Below, piece after piece: positions 26,345 through 38,250 of a stretch of DNA of 64,000 nt. Numbering within the stretch: position 1 is the stretch's first letter; each line of letters starts with the position of its first letter. The notes under the pieces were generated by a model. The model did no database searches. It worked only from the letters and a program-made list of their open reading frames with translations, and was not told the origin of the DNA. Origin of the DNA: Octopus vulgaris. Its lineage: Eukaryota. The position numbers and the translations under genes were made by a program. Location of the stretch: contig OX597814.1 in NCBI GenBank assembly GCA_951406725.2, forward strand, positions 152,706,001-152,770,000. Direction: 5' to 3'.

Positions 26345-26434
26345 TTGATCAAATCTGTTCACATCATTTGACATAAGATTAACAATCTGACCAGTTGTTG
26401 TTTTGTTAAAAGATGCATTATCAAGAATCAACAT
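26345..26434 (-). CDS. ABCC4: ABCC4-like coding exon (exon 5 equivalent), 90 nt, phase 0-0
   Basis: Acceptor tatttcAG and donor GTaagt. Translates [30 protein letters not shown] (the conserved GQIVNL.SND ABCC motif). Confidence 0.96.
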
Positions 26435-26769
26435 CTGAAATATAAGTGAATATTGAAATGGTAATATTGACTATAAGCACCAATCTATATATATAGTAGA
26501 AATATGTTACGAAAAGAAAATATAAAATACACGTGGAAATGTAAGGGTAAAATATGAAAAATCAACGAAAATGCATATTGCAAATAGAAAAAGGCTGTTT
26601 ATGACAGGTAGTGACAAATATATACATTTAGATTGACTGAAGTAGTAATACGAGTCATAAAGGCCATTATTATGAGATGATTATAAGATGATAATAAAGT
26701 AAGAGAATAAAACGAACCAGTAGTTTACGCTGTGAAGGCTATTCATCGTTTGAACAACACCGGTTAATG

Positions 26770-26811
<42 letters not shown>

Positions 26812-27626
26812 ATGCGTGTGTGTGTGTGTGTGTAAACATGTGTTTAAGTATGAAAGGCACAACTTAATATTCATCAGAGAATATAAAATTTAATATAATT
26901 TATGACAAAACAATTTATCACATATTTTTCCAAAATAATCATCAGCATCAACGTCATCGTTTAACATCCATTTTCCATGCTAGCATGGGTTGTACGGTTC
27001 GACCGGGGTCTGGGAAGCCAGGAGGTTGCACCAGGCTCCAGTCTGATCTGGCAGCGTTTCTACAGCTGGATGCCTTGTATAAGAATAAATATATATTCAT
27101 ATATATTCACACACACACACACACATCTGTGTGTGTGAGGGGAACATTTTTCCTTTCAAAACATGCTATATTAATCCTTTAGCATTTAAACCAGCCAAAC
27201 TGAAGCCAAATATTCTACCTGTTTTATGTTCAGACTAGCCAGATCCAGCCTCTCACACCTATCCTACAATGTCATTCTAAAAATAAGCAATCACAGCATT
27301 GAAATCTTGAAGCTGCAAGATAATGCCTGATTAAAGCAATGTGAGTAAAAAAAGTATTACATTTGAATGGGTAATCCTGAATGCTAAAAGGATAAAAACA
27401 CGAACAATCCTTTGACAACCCCACTCTTAGGAATGCAGTGAGCCAGTAATTGCCCAACTAAAATCCTGTAACTGATGATGTTACTGTTCACAAGTTGCAA
27501 TGCAGAATGATATAAGCAAGTGCTAGCCCCAACTTATAACTTCAGTATAAACATAACTTACTCATAAAAAAACGAAATTAATTAATTAATTAATTAAAAT
27601 AATCAAGCAAAGAATTTTGAAATTAC

Positions 27627-27842
27627 CTTTTTATACATCAGAGAACAGCAGGCAATGCGTATTTGCATTCCCAATCGTTGGACATTAAAGAAGAAAATAT
27701 GGTTGCAGAGACAACTTAATAAAATACAAATTACAACTCCCATTCCATAAAGATAAGCTTGCTGTGTAGTCATCTGGCTGTCGGGAGTGAAGTATGAAAC
27801 CAGCTTCCCTAACAGTAGAGGTTGGATCACTCTACTAAATTC
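27627..27842 (-). CDS. ABCC4: ABCC4-like coding exon (exon 4 equivalent, TMD1), 216 nt, phase 0-0
   Basis: Acceptor tttttcAG and donor GTaatt. Translates EFSRVIQPLLLGKLVSYFTPDSQMTTQQAYLYGMGVVICILLSCLCNHIFFFNVQRLGMQIRIACCSLMYKK. Confidence 0.95.
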
Positions 27843-28394
27843 CTGAAAAATAGAAAAGATAAAAAATTATGTAGATTAACAGATATTAACAGCTTTTATG
27901 TATCATATAAATAATATACAAAAAAAAAATAACAATAATCATCTTCATCTTAACATCCACTTTTCTGGTATTGCATGAGTCAGATGAAGTCTATTGAAGC
28001 AAATTTTCTCCATCAGGATGCCCTTCCTGTCACCAACCCTCACATATTTCCAAGCAAGACAGTATTCCCCTGTAGCCAAACATACTCTTGCAGAACATTG
28101 GGAATGAATGACATTGCTTGTGTAACAATAACATTTATTTACAACTACATGTGATGTCAAAACAAAGAGACACTAACATAAACACACACATCCCACCCAC
28201 CCTCACACATATATATTTACCATCATTTAACACCTGCCCACTATGCAGGCTGGGGTTGAACAATTTGACAGGAGCTAACAAACCACAGGATGGAACCAAG
28301 CTCGACTGTCTATGTTGGCATGGCTTTTCTACAATCATTTTAAAACCTGATTTTCCAGAAAGACATGGGCTAGCTAGATGTGATATACAGACTA

Positions 28395-28548
28395 TCACCA
28401 ATCACCTCAAACTTTCATCTTTTAAATGAGGCTCAGAATCTTAAGATCTAATATTAACAGAGAGATGAGTCACCAATCACCTCAAACTTTCATCTTTTAA
28501 ATGAGGCTCAGAATCTTAAGATCCTAAATATTAACAGAGAGATGAGTC
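28395..28548. repeat. Tandem duplication of a ~75-bp unit
   Basis: tcaccaatcacctcaaac...gagagatgag occurs twice head to tail, nearly identical. Confidence 0.95.
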
Positions 28549-28549
28549 T

Positions 28550-28790
28550 ATTGTATTGGTAAGCCAAACAGAATATGATCCTGAAATATCTTCATTTGCT
28601 GATGAATTATATCTATCAATTTGTGTCACTGGAAACATTCAGAGAAGCCAAGTTACTAACAATAAAGTTTTCCTTCATGTTGGCATTCCATCTTACCAAA
28701 GTATCAGGTGATACACATGAAGCTGTTTGACCTCACCATCAACCATGATATTATTGTGAGGATCTTGAGTTGCCTCATAAACTTTTAGAG
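28550..28790 (-). mobile_element. Possible piggyBac transposase remnant
   Basis: Minus-strand translation LVRWNAN...FIVSN...YQYN resembles the PGBD W.DN..V...SN...YN region. Heavily degraded. Confidence 0.4.
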
Positions 28791-30254
28791 GGAAAATTGC
28801 AGTACTTTCTATTATGTATGTGGTTAAGGGAATGTGCATCTTTTTTGGTTAATTTTTATTGCTATTGCTCCATTTACTTTCATAAACTATATTCTCAACG
28901 AATAAATAGCTAAAGTCTATAGAAGCCTCTTTAATAATAGTATGAGATTTTAATATATAAAATTACTATCACAGTTTTAAGTGAGAATCTTTTATGTTGT
29001 GTTCTAAACAACAACTTGACACACCAACAAATCCTTTTTTAACTTTCACCCACCTGTTTTTTAAGAAAAAGAAAGAATATGCCACCCCTCCCACCTTATC
29101 CAGATCCACATAAAAAACATATACAAGAAAATAGTAGCAGCATCAATTGCTAGATTACTCTCAAACACCATGCTGGAATGAGTATTACCAACAAAGGTGC
29201 AGCAATTGTCATAATTCATCTTGCTGACTTTTTTGTAGTAATCACCAAAACTGAAACCAACAAGGAAGTATCTATATACTAAAATGACCCACAAGTAATT
29301 GTATGTAACCAACAACTTCTCAGATCATACCTACCATCTTACACACACAATGTCCAAAAACACAAGGTAGTCTTAGCTGGAATTCCTACTAAACAACCTC
29401 TGCATAGTTAAAGACAACCAGGTGTTAAACAACAACAGGCATGGAAAGAAGCCAGCAAGAAGTCCTTCTCATGTTTGAACAATCAGTCAACCTGCCAGAA
29501 ACAGCAGCCAAATTCCCCTCAGCTTACACCCTACTGTCTTGGCAAGGAAGAACATTCCAGATAATGTAGTTTGGAAAATGATGGGACAGTCATGGTTGGA
29601 AAACCTTTGATCATAGGTCTACAAATTCAGAATTAATCGGGAAATAAATAACAACTAGCATACAAAAATAAAAAATGAGCACTAAAAATAAAATAAAAGC
29701 TGTACTCTTAGATTGTCTGCGTCGCTACAATAATCCACAGTATGTCAGCTTGCTCAGTATGGTCTTACACTTGGTGGAGGCAAGGATTATCTAGCATAAA
29801 TTATTTCTGGATTGCTCCTGGTTGTTCAACTAACTTCCTATGTCTGTTTGATCAGAGATCATTAGTGGGTGATCAGAGATCATTAGTTAAACAACAACCA
29901 GTAAGAAAAAGCTATAGCAGTTTTACAAAATAGGTGCAGGCAATACTTCACCATGGCCAGACAGGCTCTTGCAAAACATTGTAAATGAATGACACTGCTT
30001 TTGTGACAGTGAAACTCATTTACAACTAAAAAAGAAAAGCATTACAACGTGAATATGAAATTTTTGGTTATCCATTTCAAATGTCAAATCTATTTTCAGT
30101 CAGGAACAAAGAAGAGGCACACTACTTCTTCAAGCAATGCCAAAGTTTTAACTGTGTTACGTTTCAGGTATGTTCAATGAAGAGTTAAAAGATTTAGCTT
30201 AAAAACACTTAGAACTTTCCGGTCAACTTAATATATACATATATATATGTACCT

Positions 30255-30724
30255 GCTGAGGCAAGTGAAATCAAAACCAAATTCAATGGCATCTGTGCTA
30301 GTGGAGCGCTAAGAGCACCATCCCAGCATGATCATTGTCAGAGCAGCTAACTGGCTTCCATGCCGGTGGCACATAAAAAGCACCATTCGAGCGTAATCGT
30401 TACCAGCATCGCCTTACTAGCACATGAAAAAACATTTGAGCAAAGTCGTTGTCAGTGCTGCTGAACTGGCTCCTGTGCAGGTGGCACGTAAAAAACACCA
30501 TTTGAGCATGGCTGTTGCCAGTACCACCTGACTGGCCCTCATGCTAGTGGCACGTAAAAGCACCCACTACACTCTCGGAGTGGTTGGCATTAGGAGGGGC
30601 ATCCAGCTGTAGAAACTCTGCTAGATCAAGATTAGAGCTTGGTGCAGCCATCTGGTTTGCCAGTCCTCAGTCAAATCGTCGAACCCATGCTAGCATGGAA
30701 AGCGGACGTTCAATGATGATGATG
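30255..30724 (+). mobile_element. RTE 3'-tail non-autonomous element (family B; other copies ~25320-25640, ~26955-27075, ~34028-34540, ~60311-60630)
   Basis: Internal gtgccggtggcacgtaaaagcacc subrepeats and a tail cccatgctagcatggaaagcggacgtt-(atg)n. The same sequence is fused to RTE RT coding sequence at 49770-50600. Confidence 0.8.
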
Positions 30725-31012
30725 TACGACAGGTTTCTTTCAGATTCTGTGTACTAAATCTACTCAAAAAGCTTTGGTCAACCTCAGGTTATAGTAGAAG
30801 ACACATGCCCAAGGTGCCATGCAGTGGAACTAAAACTGAAGCCATGTGGGTGGGTAACAAACTTCTTAATCACGCATGTGAAGAAATACATACATAAAAA
30901 AAATTAAGGTTAAAAAACACATTCTTTTATTCTTTTACATATACATGAACGTAAAAACCCATAGCCTGACATGACTACAGTCTAGTAACAGTAAACGTAT
31001 ATATATACTTAC

Positions 31013-31130
31013 ATCAAAGGAAACCACACACAGCCAGAGGAAATATTTTTTATATACAGTTCTAAAAATAGCCCAGCTTAAACTAGGTTTTCCTGAGTGC
31101 TTTAGTTTCAACATTTCTTTTTCCCATTCA
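31013..31130 (-). CDS. ABCC4: ABCC4-like coding exon (exon 3 equivalent), 118 nt, phase 2-0
   Basis: Acceptor ttatttaacAG and donor GTaagt. Translates (S)EWEKEMLKLKHSGKPSLSWAIFRTVYKKYFLWLCVVSFD, carrying the W..E and KPSL..AI motif of ABCC4. Confidence 0.92.
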
Positions 31131-31216
31131 CTGTTAAATAAACAAATGAATAAATAAATAAATAAAACAAACAAATGAATATATAAATAAAATAATACTG
31201 AAAAATTTTACTCATA

Positions 31217-31870
31217 GGCGCAAGAGTGGGTGTGTGGTAAGTAGCTTGTTTATCAACCTCATGGTTCCGGGTTCAGTTCCACTGTGTGGCACCTTGGGCA
31301 AGTGTCTTCTACTATAGCCTCAGGCCGACCAAAGCCTTGTGAGTGGATTTGGTAGATGGAAACTGAAAGAAGCCCATCGTATATATGTACATATATATAC
31401 CCGTGCCGGTGACACGTAAAAGCACCATCCGTTCGTGGCCGTTCGCCAGCTCTGTCTGGCACCTGTGCAGGTGGCACGTAAAAAACACCCACTACACTCG
31501 CGGAGTGGTTGGCGTTAGGAAGGGCATCCAGCCGTAGAAACACTGCCAGATCTGACTGGGCCTGACGAAGCCTTCCAGCTTCACAGACCCCAGTTGACCC
31601 GTCCAACCCATGCTAGCATGGAAAACGGACGCTAAACGATGATGATGATGATGATGAACGTGTGTGTATATGTTTGTGTGTCTGTGTTTGTCCTCACCAC
31701 CCAACATCGCTTGACAGCCGATGTTGGTGTGTTTACTTAGCGGTTCAGCAAAAGAGACCAATAGAATAAGTACTAGGCTTCCAAAAAATAAGTTCTGGGG
31801 TCAATTTGCTCAACTAAAGGTGGTGCTCCAGCCTGGCCGCAGTCAAATGACTAAAACAAGTAAAAGAGAG
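31217..31870 (+). mobile_element. Family A SINE with nested RTE-tail element (~31401-31657)
   Basis: Head ggcgcaagagtgggtgtgtggtaag and tail gactaaaacaagtaaaagag, with an insertion in the central TA run. Confidence 0.85.
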
Positions 31871-34800
31871 AAAAGAGAGATAACAAATAATAATTCTTTC
31901 GACTATGGGCAAAAGGCTCAAAATTTGGAGGAAGGAGGTCAGTTGATTACAATGGGCCCCAATGCTCAGCTGATAGTTATTTTACTGATACCAAAAAGAT
32001 TAAAGGCAAAATTGACCTCAGCAGAATTTGAACTCAGAATGTAAAGCCAGATGACATGTCACAGAGCATTTTGTCCATCATGCTAACGATTCTGCTAGCT
32101 TGTCACCTTACAAATAAATAATACTCTTTTACTTGTTTCAGTCATTTGACAGAGGCCATGCTGGAGCACTGCCTTTTGGTCGAGCAAATCGACCCCGGGA
32201 CTTATTCTTTGTAAGCCTAGTACTTATTCTATCGGTCTCTTTTGCCAAACCACTAGGTTACAGGGACATAAACACACCAGCATCAAGCAAATGGTGGGGG
32301 GACAAACACAGACACGCAAACATATACACACACATATATATATTTATATACATATATACAATGGGCTTCTTTCAGTTTCCGTCTACCAAATCCATTCACA
32401 AGGCTTTGGTCAGCCCGAGGCTATAGTAGAAGACACTTGCCTAAGGTGCCATGCAGTGGGACTGAACCAGGAACCAAGTGGTTGGTAAGAAAGCTACTTA
32501 TCACACAGCCACTCCTACAAGGGATGAAAGTAGTAACTGTACTGAAAAGTAATGTTTATTGCCACTTCAACATGGCTGTTGCATAGGAACCAATGTTATT
32601 GCCAATTTTAGCCCCAGGAGGACACCCCTCCAGTTAGTTAGCCAATGTAATCTGCACCCAATATATATTGCAAGCAGGGGAGTGAACCTCTACCATCTAG
32701 CAACAATGATGACAACGGGACCACCAGACAGTCTGGTTTCAAGCTATTTGTGCTGATCCTCAGTGGTGGACACCCATCTGCTAGAAATAAAATCTTTATT
32801 ATGATCAAACTGATCGTACATAGAAAAGGACATTACAAGACAAACAAATACAAAAATGTTAAATGAGTTTGAATGAGTATTATGTTAAAAATTTAAAATT
32901 ATTTTATATAACGATTAATTTTTACCTTAAACTAGAACTTTTTAAAAAAAAAACAAAGAAAGAAAATGAATAAAAGTTCAAAAAGATCGAACCCGGCAGG
33001 CTATAAGGCCCAGCAACTATTTTTTCCTTACATCAATGATTAAGTGGGTTACTAACACCCACCTTTCTCATCACATCCTTCCATCGTTTCTTGTATTCAC
33101 TCGGTGGCAGGGTCTTCCTCTTCAACCCTATCTTGCTCTTCAGATGGTATCTGAAGTAAGACAGCAAACTGGGGCCAGAAATGAAAGACCTTGTCACAGA
33201 ACCTTCCATTCTAGTCCTCCAAACTCACTCTTTCAGTACTGCAACCGTACAGTACCCATCTCCTAGAAATAGCAGTAGTTCACTCCAGCTCAAAATATAT
33301 AGAAAAATAAGTGGCACAGAGTCACTGATTTTTCAACAAGCAAAGTAGCTAGTTAGAAAATCTGTATAAGAGATGAAAGTAATACCTATACTGAAAGATA
33401 ATGTTTATCACCACTTCAACATGGCTGTTCCATTGGAACTGATGTTACTACCATTTTTAACCCAAGGAGGACACCTACTGTACATCACAAAGACAAGTAA
33501 GGTTACAGTTGTTCTTCTTTAACCTCTGGCAAATCTTGATCTAGTAGGTCTTTGATCAATAACATTCCAGCCTTGACCACATCATCTTTTTCTCAGGCAT
33601 TATCTAATGTCTCCTCCTCTTTTCAAGATTGTATGGTTTAATTTGAGAGTGATTTGGTTACTATTTCTACAAGGTCAAATAACTACATAATGGATTTCAT
33701 ATTAGCTTCAAATAAGTAAGATTGTTGTTGTTGTTGTTGTTGTTGTCATTTATTTTCAGGTCAGTCTTATCAAAGGTGTGACCATTTCATCTTTTATTCA
33801 GGCATAGTGTATTGAGGATTACATTATCCATTGTATCTTCTTTTCAAAGACAGCAAAATGAGATTTTTTTTTTTTTCAAGATTTGATTGCCAGCTCTAAC
33901 AGATTAATGTACTGTTTGGAGCCTTCACTGTAATTGGAGACTGGTTAAAAAAAAAAAACTAGAGCCTGAGGAAATTAATGAAATAGCGTCCTTCCTGGAA
34001 CATAACTCAATTCACCTCTCTTATTGATATCATCATCATTTAACATCCGCTTTCCATGCTAGCATGGGTTGGACGATTTGACTGAGAGCTGGCGAACCAG
34101 ATGACAGCACCAGGCTCCAATCTTGATCTGGCAGAGTTTCTACAGCTGGATGCCCTTCCTAACACCAACCACTCTGAGAGTGTAGTGGGTGCTTTTACCA
34201 CGCACGAATCTTTTTACACATGCCACCGGTACAGGTGCCAGTAAGGCAACACTGGTAACAATCGCGCTCGAATGGTGCCTATTACGTGCCACTGGCACAG
34301 AAGCCAGTTAGCCGCTCTGGCAATGATCATGCTTGGATGGTGCTCTTAGCACCCTACTAGCATGGGGCACAAATGCCAGTAAGGTGATGCAGGTAACGAT
34401 CACACTCGAATGGTGCCTTTTATGTGCCACTGGCACGGAAGCCGGTTAGCTACTCTGTCAATGATCACACTCATATGGTGCTCTTTGCAACCCGCTAGCA
34501 AGGATGCCAGTCATCGAATTTGATTTTGATTTTGGTTTTGATATACATTGTTCTTATTGTTTAATAACAAGTCACCAGTGATCAAGCAGAATTATGATAA
34601 TAGGTGTTCCAGTTTTTGATCACTCAACTTCAAACATATAAAAGATAAGTTTACTCAGCCAGGGCTAAGTAGGGTTTAAACAACAATAGATGTATTATAG
34701 TACCTTGTTTGGTACCTCAGTGCTCAAACCTCTTCTGGGCTAACATTGCCTTTTATTTCTCTAGTGTTAATAGAACAAACCACCAAGGAAGTGACCCTTT

Positions 34801-36579
34801 AATTGCAAGAAATATCAGCTAAATTTCCTTCAAATAACACCCTACAGTCTTTAAAAAGGAAAGACATGTTGGATAATATAGTCCTAAATACACTGTGTGA
34901 AATAGAATATGGGATGGTCATGTTAAGAACATCCTATATAATAGATCTGCTGAATCAGAGCAGATTTAAGGCTAACAACAACATATGGCCTTTTACTAAA
35001 TCAGATATTATCATATTAATAGAACAAATAGTAGTAGACTGACAGAATTAGCAGAGTATTGGAGAAAATTCCTAGCAGCATTCCATTGTATCCAGTATGT
35101 ATTGAGTTTGAATCCTGTGAAGGTTGACTTTGCATTTCTTTCTTCAAGAGTCAACTAAATAAGTACAAGTACTTGATAGAGTTGCTTAGTTAGCATTCTC
35201 TCCCAGCCAAATGTGAGGCCCCGTGCTGCTGCTATATACTAAATATACTAAATTCTTTGTTATATTTAAAATAATTGAAAGAAACACAGAGCATCTCAAA
35301 ATAAATTCAGTAGTGGGGGACAAACACAAAGACACACATACATACACATATATACATATACACATAATTGGCTTCCACATAGTTTCCATTTACTAAATCC
35401 ACTCACAAGGCATTGACTGATCCAGGGCTATAGTAGAAAACACTTCCCCAAGGTGGTATCAGTGGGACTGAACCTGAAACCACTTGGTTGCAAAGTGAGT
35501 TTCTTAACTATGCAGCCATGTCAGCACCACTATAAAACAACATTATCTACTGTAGCCTTTCTTTATTTAAGATGGTAGAATTCAATTTGAGTGAGATGAC
35601 AGCTGTTTCTAGCATGTTGAGTAATGACATAGAGACTCCTTCAATGACTCAACTGGACTTTTTTTTTTTCTTTTTCCTATATAGTTCTCACACTACAGAC
35701 ACTTGGGCTTAAGAATTGTTTCGCCAACCTCAGTAGTCTAGGAAATTCTGCAAAAGTTACAAGCACTTCTAAATTAATTTCCAATCTTGAGGCATAGTGA
35801 GAATACTACAAAAATATATTAGAAATGAGTTCATAAAAAAAAAATTGGAAATCCAAGTGATTAGTTCAGACTAAACTTTACAAACATTCTTAGAAATAAT
35901 AACCTTTCAATAATGTATCGTAACTAAAGAGTGAAAAATATCACTGTTTGTGACTCACAATTATCAAATCAACACCAAGATAGGTGATAAACTTTGTATC
36001 AGATTTAACATTAATCAGTCTCAAACAATGACATGTTAGGATGTTTATAACATATTTGATTAATTGATTTTTGTTTTTGTTTTGTTTTGGTTTTTTTTTT
36101 TGGTTTTTTTTTAACAGATATTAACATTGAGCAAAGTTTAAATTTTTTAGTTCAATACAATGATTCAATTATTTTAACCTTTAGCCTACAAGTCATCACA
36201 TACTCTAATATGTTGTATTTAACATTTGTGTATACAACTCAACAATTTGTAAATAGTGTTAAGTTATGTACACAATATATATTTCTTTTCCTTACTGTAA
36301 TTTAGCACAGATTCCAACTTCCTAGTTTTATGTTTATAAAATTTGGTTGATTTTTCAGCAAAGATTATTAAAAGTAGAACCCTTTCAATCAAATTTGAAA
36401 CTGCATCCTGATAAAGTTCTCTAATTAACCCTTATATACAAAAAAGTTAAAGCTATAAAACAAAAATAATAATTTAATAAGTTGAATGCCTATGATATTT
36501 CCATAAGTAGAATCTTTGTAATAAAGAAAAGGTAATATTATAAAAGTGATGGAATATGTGGGAATTTTGAAAGTAAATG

Positions 36580-37290
36580 GTATAAAGGATGGAACAATGA
36601 AAGACAAACTCAGGAAGGAATATTTTTGAAGGGTAAGGAGGATATTAAAATCACACTCAATGGTAACAATACCATCACTGCCATAAACTTGAGAACAGTG
36701 TACATAATCAGATAGAGCATGAGAATAATCTAATAGATAAACTATCTTGAAAAGGTGGGACAGAAAAACAAGGAAATTGATAACAATCTGCAAAGTCTTA
36801 CATCTACAGACAAATATATATCAACGAGTTATACTTCAATAAAAAAGATGGAAGACAAGGGCAGTTAAATGTAGACGACCGTGAGAGAGTAGAGTGAGAA
36901 AATTTGAGAAACCTGTTGCTAATGAGGTGATTTTGACAGAAATTGTTATTGTAGCAGAAAGAATAGGAAAAGTGAAAGCTTACATGGAAATTTTTGTTCA
37001 AAATAATGAAAGTATAGAAATGAGAAGTCATTCCAATAGTTAAAGAAGGGAGTTTTGAAGAAAGAGAGAAAGAAAACTTGATCCTAGTGGTGCCAGAACA
37101 AGCAATCAGAATGAGGAATATGGGAAAGGATATAGACAAGAAAGGTATGTTGGCTGTATGTATGTATGGTGAAAGAGAAGAAACTGTTGTAAATGTAGCT
37201 TCTGAGTGTAAGATGCTTGCTAAGAAGGTTTATAAAAATTGGAGACATTACAAAGTTGGCAAATTTGTACGAAACATGGCATGAACATAA
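36580..37290 (+). mobile_element. R4/Dong-like (restriction-like endonuclease) non-LTR retrotransposon remnant
   Basis: Broken-frame peptides MKDKLRKEYF*RVRRILKS, WDRKTRKL, G.G.L.V.D, LI....EQAIR, C....EETV..VASECKMLAKK.YK.WRH match the post-RT/CCHC region of R4-clade elements. Confidence 0.75.
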
Positions 37291-37664
37291 AGGAAAACAT
37301 TTCCTTGGAAACTATTGTGTAAAGTTGAAAATATTGCATTTCTAAATCTCTCAGGAAGACTTATACAGTAGCAGCATGATAAAGTGATGCTTTGTTGCCA
37401 ACTTAATGTGGTAGTCCCATGAAAGGCAAGAATGCTACTGCTATTCAGCCCCAGGAAACATCGTTTCCAGTTGGCTACATGATACAAGCGTTCTGTGTCC
37501 TTAAGTTTTCATACAGGGAAGATAGGCACTTTACCGTGCTGCTACTGTATAAGTCTCTCTGAGAGACTTAGAAATACAATATTTCTAATTTTGTAGGTCA
37601 GTGAATTCATTTCACTTGAAATTCTATAAGTTTTCAAAGGTGAATAAGCATTGACAGCTAGCAA

Positions 37665-37724
37665 GCCAAGCTACTCCAGACTGATGAAGAGCAATAACTC
37701 TGAAACTAGTCTCTAGATGCTGGC
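37665..37724 (+). ncRNA. Minimal type I hammerhead ribozyme motif (Penelope pLTR type)
   Basis: CUGAUGA (37681-87), stem II AGAG/caauaa/CUCU, GAAA (37702-05), palindromic stem III C-UA-G, then UC (predicted cleavage after 37711). Stem I uccaga/ucuaga extends via gccaagc/gcuggc. Confidence 0.7.
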
Positions 37725-37859
37725 TTTGCTGGGTGGAGGTGCTTATCTCCCCTGTTTGAAAACTTAAGGACACAGAATTCAAAGAATTCAAACAAAAAGT
37801 ATTCTCTGAATAGGAGGAGATCTCTCAAAGCTACTCATGAAAACTTCACAGATACACGC

Positions 37860-38250
37860 ACAGAGCAGGCTTGTTTATTCAAACCATGTATGCCACTTCC
37901 ATTTTCAACAAATTTGTTGGGAGGCAGCACTTACTTCTTCTCCTTCATTTTCCTTCTCAAGTGAAACCCATAAAAAGCTGACGAGGGCTTTCAGTTTCAT
38001 CTACCACACACCTTCTTTCACTAAAGTCACTAAACAGATAAAAGTTGCCTGCCCTTCCTGGACAAAAGAAGGTGGCAGGACAAGCTTTGCAATGGATTTA
38101 GCTGATAGCTGTATCTGTCCTACATGTGATAGGCTGATGGTCAACATCATTCCACACACATCTACAACATTTGAACATTGGACAAGTGTGCACAGAATGG
38201 TTTCATTGCTATGTGTACATCTCAGACAAGCCCAGCTCATGACACTTGTA
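37860..38250 (-). mobile_element. Tx1/L1-like LINE ORF2 C-terminal remnant
   Basis: CLRC....ETIL..LVQC zinc-knuckle-like motif followed by KEGVW. Degenerate. Confidence 0.55.
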
